A stretch of 32,000 bases of DNA from Zygophlyctis sp. KS116 (Eukaryota; Fungi; Chytridiomycota), in assembly GCA_054661495.1 (NCBI GenBank), contig BAAFSQ010000099.1, positions 1,205 to 33,204 on the forward strand, given 5' to 3'. How positions within the stretch are numbered: the first letter of the stretch is position 1; the number at the start of each line of letters is the position of its first letter. This document shows positions 1 to 10,880 of this stretch, piece by piece. The notes under the pieces are model-generated. The model searched no databases. It was not told the DNA's origin and saw nothing but the letters and a program-made list of their open reading frames with translations. A program made the position numbers and the translations under genes.

Positions 1-500
1 TCACGCTACCTGTTCACTTGCCTGGAAGTTATTATGTACAGTATGATACGAGTTTCCTATTAGCGGAAAGAATAGAGTATCTTCAATATACAATGTTGAC
101 AAGATTTTTTGAATTTTGCGATGAACACCACTGAAGCTGCCAGTTATACATAATTTCAGAATAAAGGCAATGGAGGATGCAGGATTATTTAGAATACCCT
201 CGAGTCTGCGGCGCCTTTATGCCACCATACTCTTATTTACTGTGCCTGCAGATATTAAGAATCTTTTTGATCGGTTTTTCGCAGATTTAAGTGAAGACAT
301 TAGATATGAATTACCAGATGTAAATGACAATCTTTTGCTATCATTAGTTGCTTCTAAAATTGAAAAAATTCTTTCATCTTATGGAAAGACTTTGGGCGAT
401 TTTCCGGGTCTTCCCGGGATTACCGTCGTTTTGGGAGGGGACTTTCGAAAAATACTTCCAGTTATAGTTAAAGGCAGTAGAGGCTCTAATCAGAGAGTAT
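1..500 (+). mobile_element. Helitron Rep/Pif1-helicase remnant (internally deleted, pseudogenised)
   Basis: Translations TLPVHLPG...TMLTRFFEFC (from nt 3), AMEDA...SSLRRLYATILLF and VVLGGDFRKILPVIVKGSR resemble Helitron Rep-Hel and Pif1 motifs; blocks that are normally far apart are juxtaposed. Confidence 0.8.
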
Positions 501-546
501 TTAGATACTCGAGATTCAGAAATAAAACAATGGGTTCCAGATCTCT

Positions 547-1202
547 ATGAAGAGAAAGCACTTAAAGAATTGGAAACATGAATCGGTTACTTTGAAATTA
601 CAAGAAGAAGACATTGATATGCTTTCAGTCAGAAAGCTCTTTGATGCTTTAATTAAAAGGTTTCCTGTAATGGCACAATATATTTCCCCACAGCAGATAT
701 TGTGCATTATCAGGCTTTTGAATCAGGAGTTTGCAAGATTTTGGTAGGAGAGGAATCATTGGACAATTCTGAATTAGAAGCTCTTGAAAATTTCAAAATT
801 GTAGAAAAAAATGGTAAAGATGAATCGAGTTCTCAAAAGACCAAGAATAGATACTTGCTATGAAATCTTGAATCATATTCCTCCAACATCAAATAGGGCC
901 GAACGTTTTTTCAGTGCAGCGAAATTAGTTATAACAGACTTAAGAAAGTCAATGCTACCCAAAAATTTGGAAATACTACTTTTCTTAAAATTTAATCGAG
1001 AACTGTGGGATGAAAAGCTTCTCGCTATAGCTTATAATGAAGAAAGTTCGAAATAAGTAGAAATTGGGCTATTTTAAAGCAATAAATCAATAATTTATTG
1101 CGCTATTTCATCAATTGCAATAATTGATTGTGATATTTATGAAATGTCAATTATAGATTGTGATGTTGCAATTATATTCCAATAAATAATTGCACACCCC
1201 TG
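547..1202 (+). mobile_element. hAT DNA transposon 3' fragment with dimerisation domain and right terminal inverted repeat
   Basis: ORF 811-1056 IPPTSNRAERFFSAAKLVITDLRKSMLPKNLEILLFLKFN is a hAT C-terminal dimerisation motif. It is followed by GATTGTGAT/CAATAAAT subterminal repeats and TTGCACACCCCTG (1190-1202, reverse complement CAGGGGTGTGCAA). Confidence 0.75.
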
Positions 1203-1437
1203 AGTAGAGCCCATTTCCATGAAATATTTAATTTTTAAAATACAGTTTCTTAAAAAATTAAAGTAGCGATCTTAAAAATTAAATAGCGAGCGTAGCGCTA
1301 AAATTTCTCCCATGGTTGGAATAGCTCTTATTTTGGACCCGAGTGATGGGTTGAAATCATTGTAAATCAATTCAAAGCTAAATTTAGGTATTTCCTTTCA
1401 AGGCCGTTATATGCTAAATTAGGTCCCGAAAGCAGTT

Positions 1438-1720
1438 TTGGCATTTTGGAAGTCTAAAGAATTCGACTATTCTATTTTGTCTGTTATGGCAAAGGATTAT
1501 CCAACAATTCAAGCTTCAAGTGTACCTGCAGAGCGAGCATTTTCATCTGGAGCTGATTCAGCAACGACATGTAGGATGAGTGGAAAGACTATCGAAACGA
1601 CTCAGTTTTTAAAATCAATATAACTAATTATGATTAAAATGATTGATTAGGAGTATGACTATGATTATTAACTACCTTATTACGATTCAATCAATCATAA
1701 TCATGATTGCCTTGGAAGGC
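1438..1720 (+). mobile_element. Second hAT transposase C-terminal fragment with subterminal repeats
   Basis: FWKSKEFDYSILSVMAKDYPTIQASSVPAERAFSSG is a hAT dimerisation motif; TGATTA/AATCA repeats follow at 1630-1710. Confidence 0.75.
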
Positions 1721-2242
1721 ATTAGCTAAAAAAGACAAGAAGAATTGTTGAGGCTGAATCTATTGAATCTTGAATCTGAAAATAACGTCAACGCCTTAGT
1801 TAATGTGAATAAGATAGAAATAGAAGGAGATCTGAGACTTATATTGAGTTTAGCTCCATGTAAAAAAATTCACTGCTAGTGCAAGAAGTAAGTCGCCAAT
1901 ATTTATTTCTTAATAATTTTTAAAAAGTCCTATGAAAATCCTTTGGCCTGCATTCAGACAATGTTTTTCGATTTGTTCAATAAATTAGGTCCTACGCTTT
2001 AATTTAGGTCGGGGTTTCCTGGTAGGGGTATTGGTGGGGTAGAGAACATGATTACCAAATTTTGGATTATTGCTGGGTTATATTAAACTTAAAGTATTTG
2101 ATTATCACACAACTGATTTGTAATTAGGTCAGATAAAGCTGTATGTGATAGTTGTTAATTGGAAATGTAAGACTGAAGAAAATATCTGATAATGTGTTTT
2201 GATAACAGAAATTCATTTTTTTTTCTAAACTGAACAACAGAA

Positions 2243-2930
2243 TCAACGACGCTCTCGATAGTGACGGTCCCCAGAGTCTCTATAACGATCATCTCTTTCA
2301 TAACGAGAATTGCGGTCTTCTCTGCGACTATCATCCCTTCGATAATCTCTATCTCCTGAACGATAATCCCTATCTCTTGACCGATCTCTGCGATATTCTC
2401 TGGATCTATCTCTTCGATAGTCACGGTCATCTCTGTAACCACGACGATCATATCTACCCCTATCAGAGTCTCTTGATGGCCCTTTGAATTAATTTAAATT
2501 TCTTACCAGACTTCTTCCCAAAGTATTGGCCGGGAGTAGGTGATCTTGCTCTTCCTCTTTTTGCAGCTTCCACCAACAAAGTTTTTCCAAACACTTCCTT
2601 TCCATGAGTAGCTTCAATAGCCGCTGCTGCATCTTCTCCTTTTTCCATTGTAACAAAAGCAAATCCTCTATTCTCCTTTGTATATGGATCAATCAAGACA
2701 TTAATCTTTAAAATCTTTCCAAATTTGCTATATTCTTCTTCTAAATCCTGTTCAGTCACACCATTAGCAACTCCACGAATGTAAATGTTTGTTCCATCAT
2801 TAGGGGGCTCTTCTGATCTTCTTCTATCATCAACAGGCGATCTTGACTTTTCATTTTCCCATCCAGATGCAGGAGCAGATTTTTCCGCAGAATCCTCCCA
2901 AGACGATACATTCATTTTATCGTCAGCCAT
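2243..2930 (-). CDS. RRM protein with RS/RD-rich tail (Tra2/SR45a-like splicing factor)
   Basis: RRM (IYIRGV...RGFAFV) followed by RARSPTPGQYFG. A 25-nt intron (2482-2506, GT..AAG) joins an RDRSR-repeat exon ending at TGA 2243-2245. Confidence 0.85.
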
Positions 2931-3007
2931 TTTTTTTGTAGAAGCTTAGGCCCAGGTTAAACTAAATTTAAAACTGAGGTTTAGGTGACGCGACCGTGTC
3001 AAGAGAA

Positions 3008-3733
3008 ATGGAAAAACCGCCGGTGGAGCTTACCGAGATTGCCTCTTATTTAAAATCTTCTGATCTAAGACAGAAAGCAGGAATATGCAAAGGAAAGAGA
3101 ATAGATTATTTTAAAGGTTTTCAAATTTTTAATAAATTCGTAGGAAAACATGCTGTAAATGCACTGCTGAGGGAAGGATATGAAAAATCAGCAATTGCTA
3201 AAAAAGTCCCAGTTCTTGACAGAGACACATCAGAAACAGTTGTTCAGGATTTACTAAAGTTTGGATTCATTCTGAGAGGAGAAAGAGATCAGGCTTTTCC
3301 TCATAAATTCTTAATATCAGAATCTCAGACTTTTAGTCCTGAAGAATACTACTTTTGGGTCTATCAAGGCTCCCAATGGCGGGGTGTCATTTTAGGCTTG
3401 GGTGTTTTGCTTGTTGTCTTGGCAGGGGTAATGTTTCCTCTCTGGCCAGCACTTCCAAGACAAGGTGTATATTATATATCTCTTTTATTGATTGGATTTA
3501 TTGGATTCATAATGGGACTAGGAGTAATCCGTGGAATTATATGGATCTTTTTAAAAATACTAATAGGGAGAGGGGGTTGGCTCTTTCCTAATTTATTTGC
3601 AGATGTAGGATTTATAGAGAGTTTTAAGCCTTTATGGACGTAATTTATTTATTTTTAAAATTATAGATGGGATGCTGAAAAGAAGGGCAAGAAGAAAAAG
3701 GCACCAGTGTCGTCGGATATGGACGACGATTAA
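3008..3733 (+). CDS. SEC62: Translocon subunit Sec62
   Basis: GKRIDYFKG|KHAVNALL, two TM segments (LAGVMFPLWP) and GGWLFPNLFADVGFIESFKPLW. Introns 3117-3143 (in frame, stop-free) and 3640-3666; ends KKGKKKK...DDD TAA. Confidence 0.93.
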
Positions 3734-3753
3734 ATTTTCGCGTGCAAAATATA

Positions 3754-6700
3754 ATGGATGAATTATTGAAATTATTGGGAGATATATCTTCTGGTGAGAG
3801 TAATGCAGTTAACTCTGCCACTTTTAAGCTTGCCCAATTGTATAAAAATCCAATGTCTTTGGTTTTTTTGATTGAAATTGTCTGTTCAAGCCATAATTTG
3901 TCTCTTCGGCAACTATCTGCAATTGAAGCAAGAAAAAATGTCAAGGCATTTTGGCCAAAGATTCAAGAGGAATTAAAGTTTTCTCTCAAGGAAAAGCTGT
4001 TGGCTTTTATTCTTACCGAAACTGAGTAAGTTTTTTTCTCTAATATCAGCACTCTAGTTAGAAACTCCATATCCAGACTCATTGCTCAAATCGCTAGCAT
4101 TGAGATTCCTAATAATAACTGGAATAATCTTTTGGGATTCCTGAATAGCTGTTGTCACTCAACTTCTCCCGAACATCGGTTGGTTGGAGTATATGTGCTT
4201 TATAATTTATTTGAAGTGATTGCTGACCATTTGGCCGGACATTTGAATGAATTATTTACAATGTTTTTAGTAACTTTAAGTGATCCAGAAAGTCTCAAAG
4301 TTCGGGTGACTACCTTGTTGTAATACTTTTTGGTTTAATTATAGAGCTTTGGGTAAAATTGCGGATTTTATAGAGCCCACAGATCAGGCTCAAATTAGGG
4401 AATTTAGAAATGCAGTACCACAAATGGTTAATGTATTAAAGCAATGTTTAGATGCAGGAGATATAGATGGGGCAACAAAGGCATTTGAAGTTTTTGATAA
4501 TTTGTTGATGCTGGTATACTCTTTAAACTAAAAATTAGGAAGCACCTTTATTGTCTAACCATTTTATGGAGTTGGTTCAGTTTTATATATCAATAGCTTC
4601 CAATAAGAACTATGATGATTCTATTAGGATAATGGCTCTTTCATTTCTGATGTGGTGTACCATATATAAGAAAAGTAAACTTCAAAAGTTGAAATTGGTT
4701 GGTCATTTTGTTGGGTCTATATTGCCGATTGGAGCAGAGACATCTGAAATAGATGAGGAAGATGATACGCCTTCTAAAGTTGCTTTTCAAGTTATAAGTT
4801 CACTCTCTACTAATCTTCCTCCTGCTTATGTTTTTCCAGAAGTTATGAAATATGTGGTTAGTTTTATGCATGAAGCTAATCCTTCATATCGTAGAGCGGC
4901 CATGCTAGCATTAAGTGTACTTGTAGATGGATGTGCTGATTATATGAGAACAAAACTTAACGATTTATTACCTCTTCTGCTGAATGGATTAAATGATCGG
5001 GATAATTACGTTAGGATCGCTGCATGTATTGCGCTTGGTTCTATTTCAGGTAGTATATTTTCGTTTTTATGTTTTAGATGAAATTGATCAAATTGGCGAT
5101 TATCATGATAGTTTATTACCAGTGATTTCAAACTTGATGAATGATGCTGATCCATCAATTCATTATCATGCGATTGCAGCATTAGATGCCATTGTGGAAA
5201 GTTTGGAAGGAAAGATTCTTCCTTACTTACCATCATTGATGGGTCGTTTAATTTGCTTTTTAGAAACTGGAGAGCGAAGGCTAAAAGTTATTGTAACCGC
5301 TTGCATAGGATCGGCTGCACATGCTGCTGGATCTTCATTTTCACCTTACTTTGCAGATGTTATAGTCAGACTTTCATATCTAATGAGCTTGGGGGGCGAT
5401 AAAGAGGATCTTGACTTAAGAGGAGTAGCTACTGACACTGCTGGAACTGTGGCAGAGGCAGTAGGAAAGGACCTGTTTAGAGTATCATATGATTTATTTT
5501 TTAATATTTAGCCGTATGTTCAAAATCTAATGAAGCTATGCATAGATGGGCTTAACATTGATAACTCTCGTCTACGAGAGTGCAGTTACTGCTTTTTTGC
5601 CATTCTTGCTCGTGTGTTCGAGGAAGAATTTTCTCCGTTTTTAACGGTAATAATCCCTTCAATTCTCAATTCATGTCGATTAGAGGAAAAAGATATGTTT
5701 AACGATCCTCAATTGGAAAGATATGCAGCTCAGTTAGCTGATGATGATAGTGCCAGTGATGATTATTTTAATGTAAACTCTGCTATTTCAGAAGAGAAAG
5801 AGACTTCACTTGATGCCTTAGCCCAGATGTTTTCGTCTACCAAATCAGAATTTCTTCCATATGTGCAAGATTCCATCAATATTGCCTTGGGATTGTTGGA
5901 TCATTATAATGAAAGCGTCCGAAAGTCAGCATGTGCCTGCTTATGTTCCTTTTTACAGACTTTCTACAGGATGAGCAACCCTCGAAAATGGCAGACGGGT
6001 CTTCCTTTGGAAATTCCACTGCATGCAAATGTAACTAGTCTATCTTCTTTGGTTGTTGAAGGTGTCTTGAGAGTTCTAGAAGAGGAGGACGATCAGTAAG
6101 CGATCATAATTTTTAATAACGTAGAAATGCTGCAGCATCAATGTTGATTGATATTGGTGAAGCTTTGAAGGTCGTTGGTCCTGGAATGTTATCTCAAATG
6201 TTTTCTGGTCCTCCTAATCCCGGGACAATGCATGTTGATGGATTAGCATTATTGATTCTTCAAATCTTGAGACAAGAACATGTTTGCCAAACAGACCAAG
6301 ATGCAGAAGATGCTTCGCAAGAGGAAGATCAAGCAGAGCAGGACGCATTTGTTATAAGTTCTGCAGCGGATACCATGTGTGCTCTCGCATCTGTCTTAGG
6401 ACCAAAGTTTAATAACTATTTTAGAAACTTCTTGCCGTTAATTTCAAAATGGTTTAAGCCCACCAAGCCTGCAGTAGATAGAAATATGTCCATTGGAGCT
6501 CTGGCAGAATGCTCTGCCAGTTTGGGAGAAAATGTATCTGAATTTGTCAATGATCTATTACCATTGTTTATGATGGGGTTATCCGATGAAGATGAAGAAG
6601 TAAAAAGCAACTCTGCATACGGTCTTGGAATTCTATGCGGGAATACTTCAACTGATATATCTAGGTAATTTGTTAAATTAATTGTAGTTTATACATGCAA

Positions 6701-7142
6701 ATCTTGCAACTTTTGTATCCATTTTTCAGCTGTTCAGACTCTAAAACCAACATAACTGATAATGCATGTGGCTGTGTTGCCAGAATGATTATAAAAGCTC
6801 CCCAGGCTGTCCCATTGGAACAAGTTCTTCCAATGTTCCTCTCCAACCTACCTTTAAAGCATGATTTTGAAGAAATACAACCAGTATTCGACTGTATCTT
6901 CTATTTACTAAAAATGGAGCATCCTGCAGTATATTTTTCTCATTAATCTCTAGATTATTCAATTGTTGGATCAAGTCGTGCGTATTTTTGCCATTTACCT
7001 CGAAGACTCATCTTTGGATGTAAAATTCAAGTCTGAAATTTCCAATTTTCTAAAGATTTTCCACAAATCAGAAAATTTCCAAAAGATGCTTATTGGTTTA
7101 CAAGAAGATCAAAAAGCACACTTGTTAAATAGCATACTTTAA
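3754..7142 (+). CDS. KAP123: Importin-4 / Kap123 (karyopherin beta, HEAT repeats)
   Basis: IBN_N start (LRQLSAIEARK) and HEAT repeats (RLRECSYCFF, TDNACGCVARMI). Eight introns restore one frame: 4026-4049, 4320-4344, 4514-4538, 5050-5077, 5482-5511, 6096-6124, 6665-6687, 6929-6953. Confidence 0.88.
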
Positions 7143-7154
7143 TCTATTTAATAC

Positions 7155-7544
7155 TTAATAAAACTCTTGATTTGAAACTCCAAAATTCCTTATATATCCC
7201 ACAACTGTCCCATAAATCATTACACCACCTCCTAATGAGAGACACATTGCTCCGAATTCTATTAAATTTCCATGATAGAGCACTAGAGGCAGTCCGAATC
7301 CACTAACAACAAAAAAAGCAGTTATAAAATATCCAGTTTCTCTAATAGAAGTATTTTCCTCCTGAAACAGGTCAGAGTCCCTTGAGAGTCTTTTACAAAC
7401 AGAATTTGGAATCGGCGCGATTAAATAAGTCAAAACGACAAGAAGAGGCAGCCAGTTCCCATAAATAGCACAGCTTAGAATCACTGAAAGAATACCAGAC
7501 GCCAAAAAGAATGCTAATGCAATGATTGTCTTCATTCCAGACAT
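7155..7544 (-). CDS. VPS55: Vps55 / LEPROT family membrane protein
   Basis: MSGMKTIIALAFFLASGILSVILSCAIYGNWLPLLVVLTYLIAPIPN...VVSGFGLPLVLYH; intronless. Confidence 0.93.
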   Translation of the reverse strand: MSGMKTIIALAFFLASGILSVILSCAIYGNWLPLLVVLTYLIAPIPNSVCKRLSRDSDLFQEENTSIRETGYFITAFFVVSGFGLPLVLYHGNLIEFGAMCLSLGGGVMIYGTVVGYIRNFGVSNQEFY

Positions 7545-7607
7545 TTTGACTTGCTTTTGGTAAACAAAATTTTAACAAGCGGGCTGGGTTAAAATGTCTT
7601 TAAGACT

Positions 7608-7688
7608 CGTCAGTCAGTACCTTGGTCATTTGTGACCTTGCTTTAGGAGGGTATTAGGGCCAAGAATTAAAGTTTTTCATCCACTGCG
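7608..7688 (-). ncRNA. Candidate box C/D snoRNA, U20-like, complementary to the 18S rRNA 3' region
   Basis: Minus strand reads cag-TGGATGA (C box, 7677-7683)...AAATGACCAAG-gta-CTGA (D box, 7614-7617)-ctg with a short terminal stem. The guide is the complement of CTTGGTCATTT (plus strand 7621-7631), the conserved fungal 18S segment that begins the ITS1F primer. Confidence 0.6.
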
Positions 7689-7754
7689 CACACAAAGGTT
7701 TTTAAAAAGTCAAGAAAATTTGTTAGTGTCCAGGGTTGCTTATCAGTAAAGAAA

Positions 7755-9317
7755 ATGGTTCCAAAGAGTAATTTTTTAGACTAATCTCTAGAATCCCAGA
7801 GTAAAAGAGTATCTGCATCACATAAATACAGTGTTCAGAAAAAGGTGGCAGAGGCACATCGGAAGTCGAGAAAAGAAGCCAAGAAAAATCCGAAAAAAAA
7901 AATCCGAAAAGATCCAGGAATCCCAAACTTGTTTCCATTCAAGGAAAAACTGATTGCTCAGGCATTGGCAAAAGTAATTTTTTTTTCTTTCAAAAAATAG
8001 AAGAAGGAAAACAGTATTCCTCAAAAAAAAGGGTTAGGGGGATTGACTAGTGCAATGAAGGGTTTAAACGAATACAATATCGTTGCTGAAAAAGGGATCT
8101 CTATGGATAATTCTAAAAAAGCTTACTTTAAGGAATTTAAAAAGGTTGTAGAAGAAGCAGATGTTATTTTGGAGATTTTGGATGCTAGGGATCCTTTAGG
8201 TTGTAGGACAAAGCATATTGAAGATATGATATTATCCTCTCAAAAAAGAGTCATCTTGATTTTAAATAAGATTGATTTAGTTCCTAGGGAGGTAGTACAA
8301 GAATGGTTGAAATATTTAAGAAATGAATTTCCAACAGTGGCATTCAAAGCGTCTACTCAATCTCAGCGACAAAATTTGAAAATCTCTAAAATAGATGCAG
8401 ATATTGCCACTCAATCACTTTTAGGAAGTAGTGAATGTTTAGGAGCAGATAATTTACTCAAACTGTTGAAAAACTATTCAAGAAACTATAAACTTAAAAC
8501 ATCAATCACTGTTGGAGTGGTTGGGTATCCAAATGTAGGAAAGTCTTCAGTTATCAATTCTCTAAAAAGGTCAAAAGTATGTAATGTAGGCTCAACACCA
8601 GGACTTACAAAGACTTCTCAATTGATACATTTGGATAAAAATCTTAAATTATTGGATTGCCCTGGAATTGTTTTTAGTAAGCCTAAAAATGAACAAGATG
8701 AAGCTTCCGTGCTGCTAAGAAATTGTGTAAAAGTAGAACTCATTCAAGATCCTATATCTCTAGGTACAATTAATTTATTTACATTAAAGTGGAAGCAATT
8801 GTTTCAAGATGTTCTCCTGAACAGCTGATGAAACTATACAAGGTTCCCTTTTTCAATTCTGCAAAAGATTTCTTGTTACATTTAGCTTTGAACAGAGGGA
8901 AACTTAAAAAGGTAAGTTTTCATTTTTCTTGCAAATGATGAAACTTGCAATTGATTCACCATGATTTACTGTATTTAAGTCCCTGATGCGAGCTATTTAA
9001 CTCATAATTAGAGAGGTATTCCTGATTTGGAAAATGCTGCTAGATCTGTTTTACAGGATTGGAATTCAGGAAGAATTCCCTACTTTACTGCCCCTCCTTT
9101 AGAAAGTCTTGCTACTACCTCTCAAATCTCTAGTTCGATTGTCTCTGAATGGAGTAAAGAATTTTCTTTTGATGATGTTGTTGCAGTTGAAGGAAAAGAC
9201 TTGGAGTCTATCCGTTCAAAATCAGAAATTTCCCATAGACTTGTACCTCTGGAACCAAGCGAGGCTCTCGAAATGGACTTGGATCACGAAATTCAAGATG
9301 AAAATATGGATATCTAA
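7755..9317 (+). CDS. NUG1: Nucleolar circularly permuted GTPase Nug1/Grn1/GNL3
   Basis: N-terminal [13 protein letters not shown], then [26 protein letters not shown] and [14 protein letters not shown]. Introns 7768-7791, 7974-8000, 8764-8789, 8912-9011. Confidence 0.92.
8928..8992 (+). ncRNA. Intronic box C/D snoRNA in NUG1 intron 4
   Basis: C box ATGATGA 8935-8941, D box CTGA 8983-8986, terminal stem CTTGCA/TGCGAG, possible D' TTGA 8951-8954 and C' ATGATTT 8961-8967. It lies in the only 100-nt intron found. Confidence 0.8.
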
Positions 9318-10093
9318 CATTGCAATATCATTGATTTTTCCCAAAATTCATTTGAAATTAAGTCTTCATGACTTACTTTTACTACCCATTTCTTTCTGAT
9401 GCATTCTTTTCCCGTATTCTTTGAAAGATGAGTCTCTTGAACTTGATCTCTATAAAGAAAACTTCCTTTTCTATATATTGCATCAATTTTTGAATAATTT
9501 ATCCCATAATTAGAGAATAACAACTCATTTTTAGCAGCAGAATCCGTATCTTTGAGAATATTCTGAACTTGATTTTGATTTAAATTCTTGGTCTGATCCT
9601 TTAAAAGAGTCCAGAAGCATGTATTATAAAGATTATTAATATGACAATCCACTTGCCTCCATGAGATATAGTCCCTAAGTGTCTTTTCATTTGGATACAA
9701 TATTGCTCTACCGTCAAAACTTGGAGTACTTTTGAGATCGGAATCAAAGAAATCCCTCCATAAAATGCAGTAACTAGCAGTAAACAATGAAACAGTATTA
9801 GAGACCAATTTAGACTCTCTCCTTCCCCATAAAGTTGTAGATTTCTTAAAAACAAAAGAAAATTCGTCCGACTGCCCATAACAACATAAAACATCCTCAT
9901 ACTCTTGCATTACTCTCTTTGCCGCTTCATTCATGAGATCTAATCCCCTTTTATCATTTGGTTTACTGAATTCATGATGCAAAGTGAATTTATGAAATGC
10001 ATGACCATCTATTCTGATGACAATCCATGCTTCAGGGAGTAGAGACACTGGAGACTCAAACTTTCTAGTATACTCATATTTTGATTTGGCCAT
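9314..10093 (-). CDS. THG1: tRNA(His) guanylyltransferase
   Basis: MAKSKYEY start (ATG 10093), IRIDGHAFHKF, YGQSDEFSF, PSFDGR, SWRQVDCHINNLYNT; intronless. Confidence 0.96.
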   Translation of the reverse strand: MAKSKYEYTRKFESPVSLLPEAWIVIRIDGHAFHKFTLHHEFSKPNDKRGLDLMNEAAKRVMQEYEDVLCCYGQSDEFSFVFKKSTTLWGRRESKLVSNTVSLFTASYCILWRDFFDSDLKSTPSFDGRAILYPNEKTLRDYISWRQVDCHINNLYNTCFWTLLKDQTKNLNQNQVQNILKDTDSAAKNELLFSNYGINYSKIDAIYRKGSFLYRDQVQETHLSKNTGKECIRKKWVVKVSHEDLISNEFWEKSMILQC

Positions 10094-10305
10094 GATTGAA
10101 TTTGCCCTGAGCCTTGGTTTTTGTCTGTTTTGTGCATCGGACAAATGCTAAAGCTGAATTCCAAAAAGCCGATCAATACTAGCCCAGTAAATCTAAAATC
10201 ATTCCTGATTATAAATCTCAAAAACCATGTGTAATGGATACCGGTGATTTTCACGTACACCGTCTTTTTAACCGTTTAAAGTCCCGTTTAACGTGTTGAA
10301 TACTT

Positions 10306-10880
10306 ATGGAAAGAAGAAAGTCTATTGATGCTGGAACTAAAGGTCTGGAATTGCCATTGGTAAATATGAAGAGGAGAGGATCGGTGGGATTTGTTGCTCC
10401 AGAGCAGGAAAAAGGCTTCAAGGGGAAAATAACCAATGAGCAAGACTTTGTTGGTCAGGATAAGAAGAAAGGCTCGACTTTAAAATTGGAGAGTAAATTA
10501 GAAAATCTAAAAGAAACTATAAAGGCACAAGAAGATCAGGATCCTAAATTAGCCGCTAAATTGGGGCGTTTAAGTAATAATATTGATGCAGTCATTGATA
10601 AGACACGGACTGCAAGAGAGGAATTGACTCGTATGACAGAAATTACGAGAGAATTAAAGGCTCAGACGGAAATTCAACAAGTTGAATGTCAGAATTTAGA
10701 ATCCGACCAACAACGAATTAGGGATGATATAGAAAATGTAACAAGGAGGATGGAAATATTATTAGCAGAAAAGAAGAGAGTTGAAGAAAGACTAGCATCA
10801 ATGAAGGATCAAAATAATAAATTAGAGGATTTTTTGGAGGTATGGTTCTAACAAAATAATTTTAGGGAAACAAGGTCTAA
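10306..10880 (+). CDS. Uncharacterised coiled-coil protein
   Basis: E/K/Q-rich heptad ORF; a 26-nt intron (10840-10865) gives last exon GNKV TAA (10878-10880). Confidence 0.7.

Noticed and set aside
2155-2451. ORF-track 98-aa Ile/Glu-rich ORF
   Set aside because: Alternative frame of the RS/RD-repeat exon of the RRM gene.
7621-7631. CTTGGTCATTT as an rDNA fragment or primer contamination
   Set aside because: Only 11 nt match, without flanking rRNA sequence; better explained as a snoRNA guide.
10094-10144. N-terminal extension of THG1 from the ORF track
   Set aside because: Non-ATG start; the conserved MAKSKYEY begins at ATG 10093.
10160-10172. U2 snRNA-like TCGGCTTTTTGG on the minus strand
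   Set aside because: No following branch-point recognition sequence (GUGUAGUA) or Sm site.
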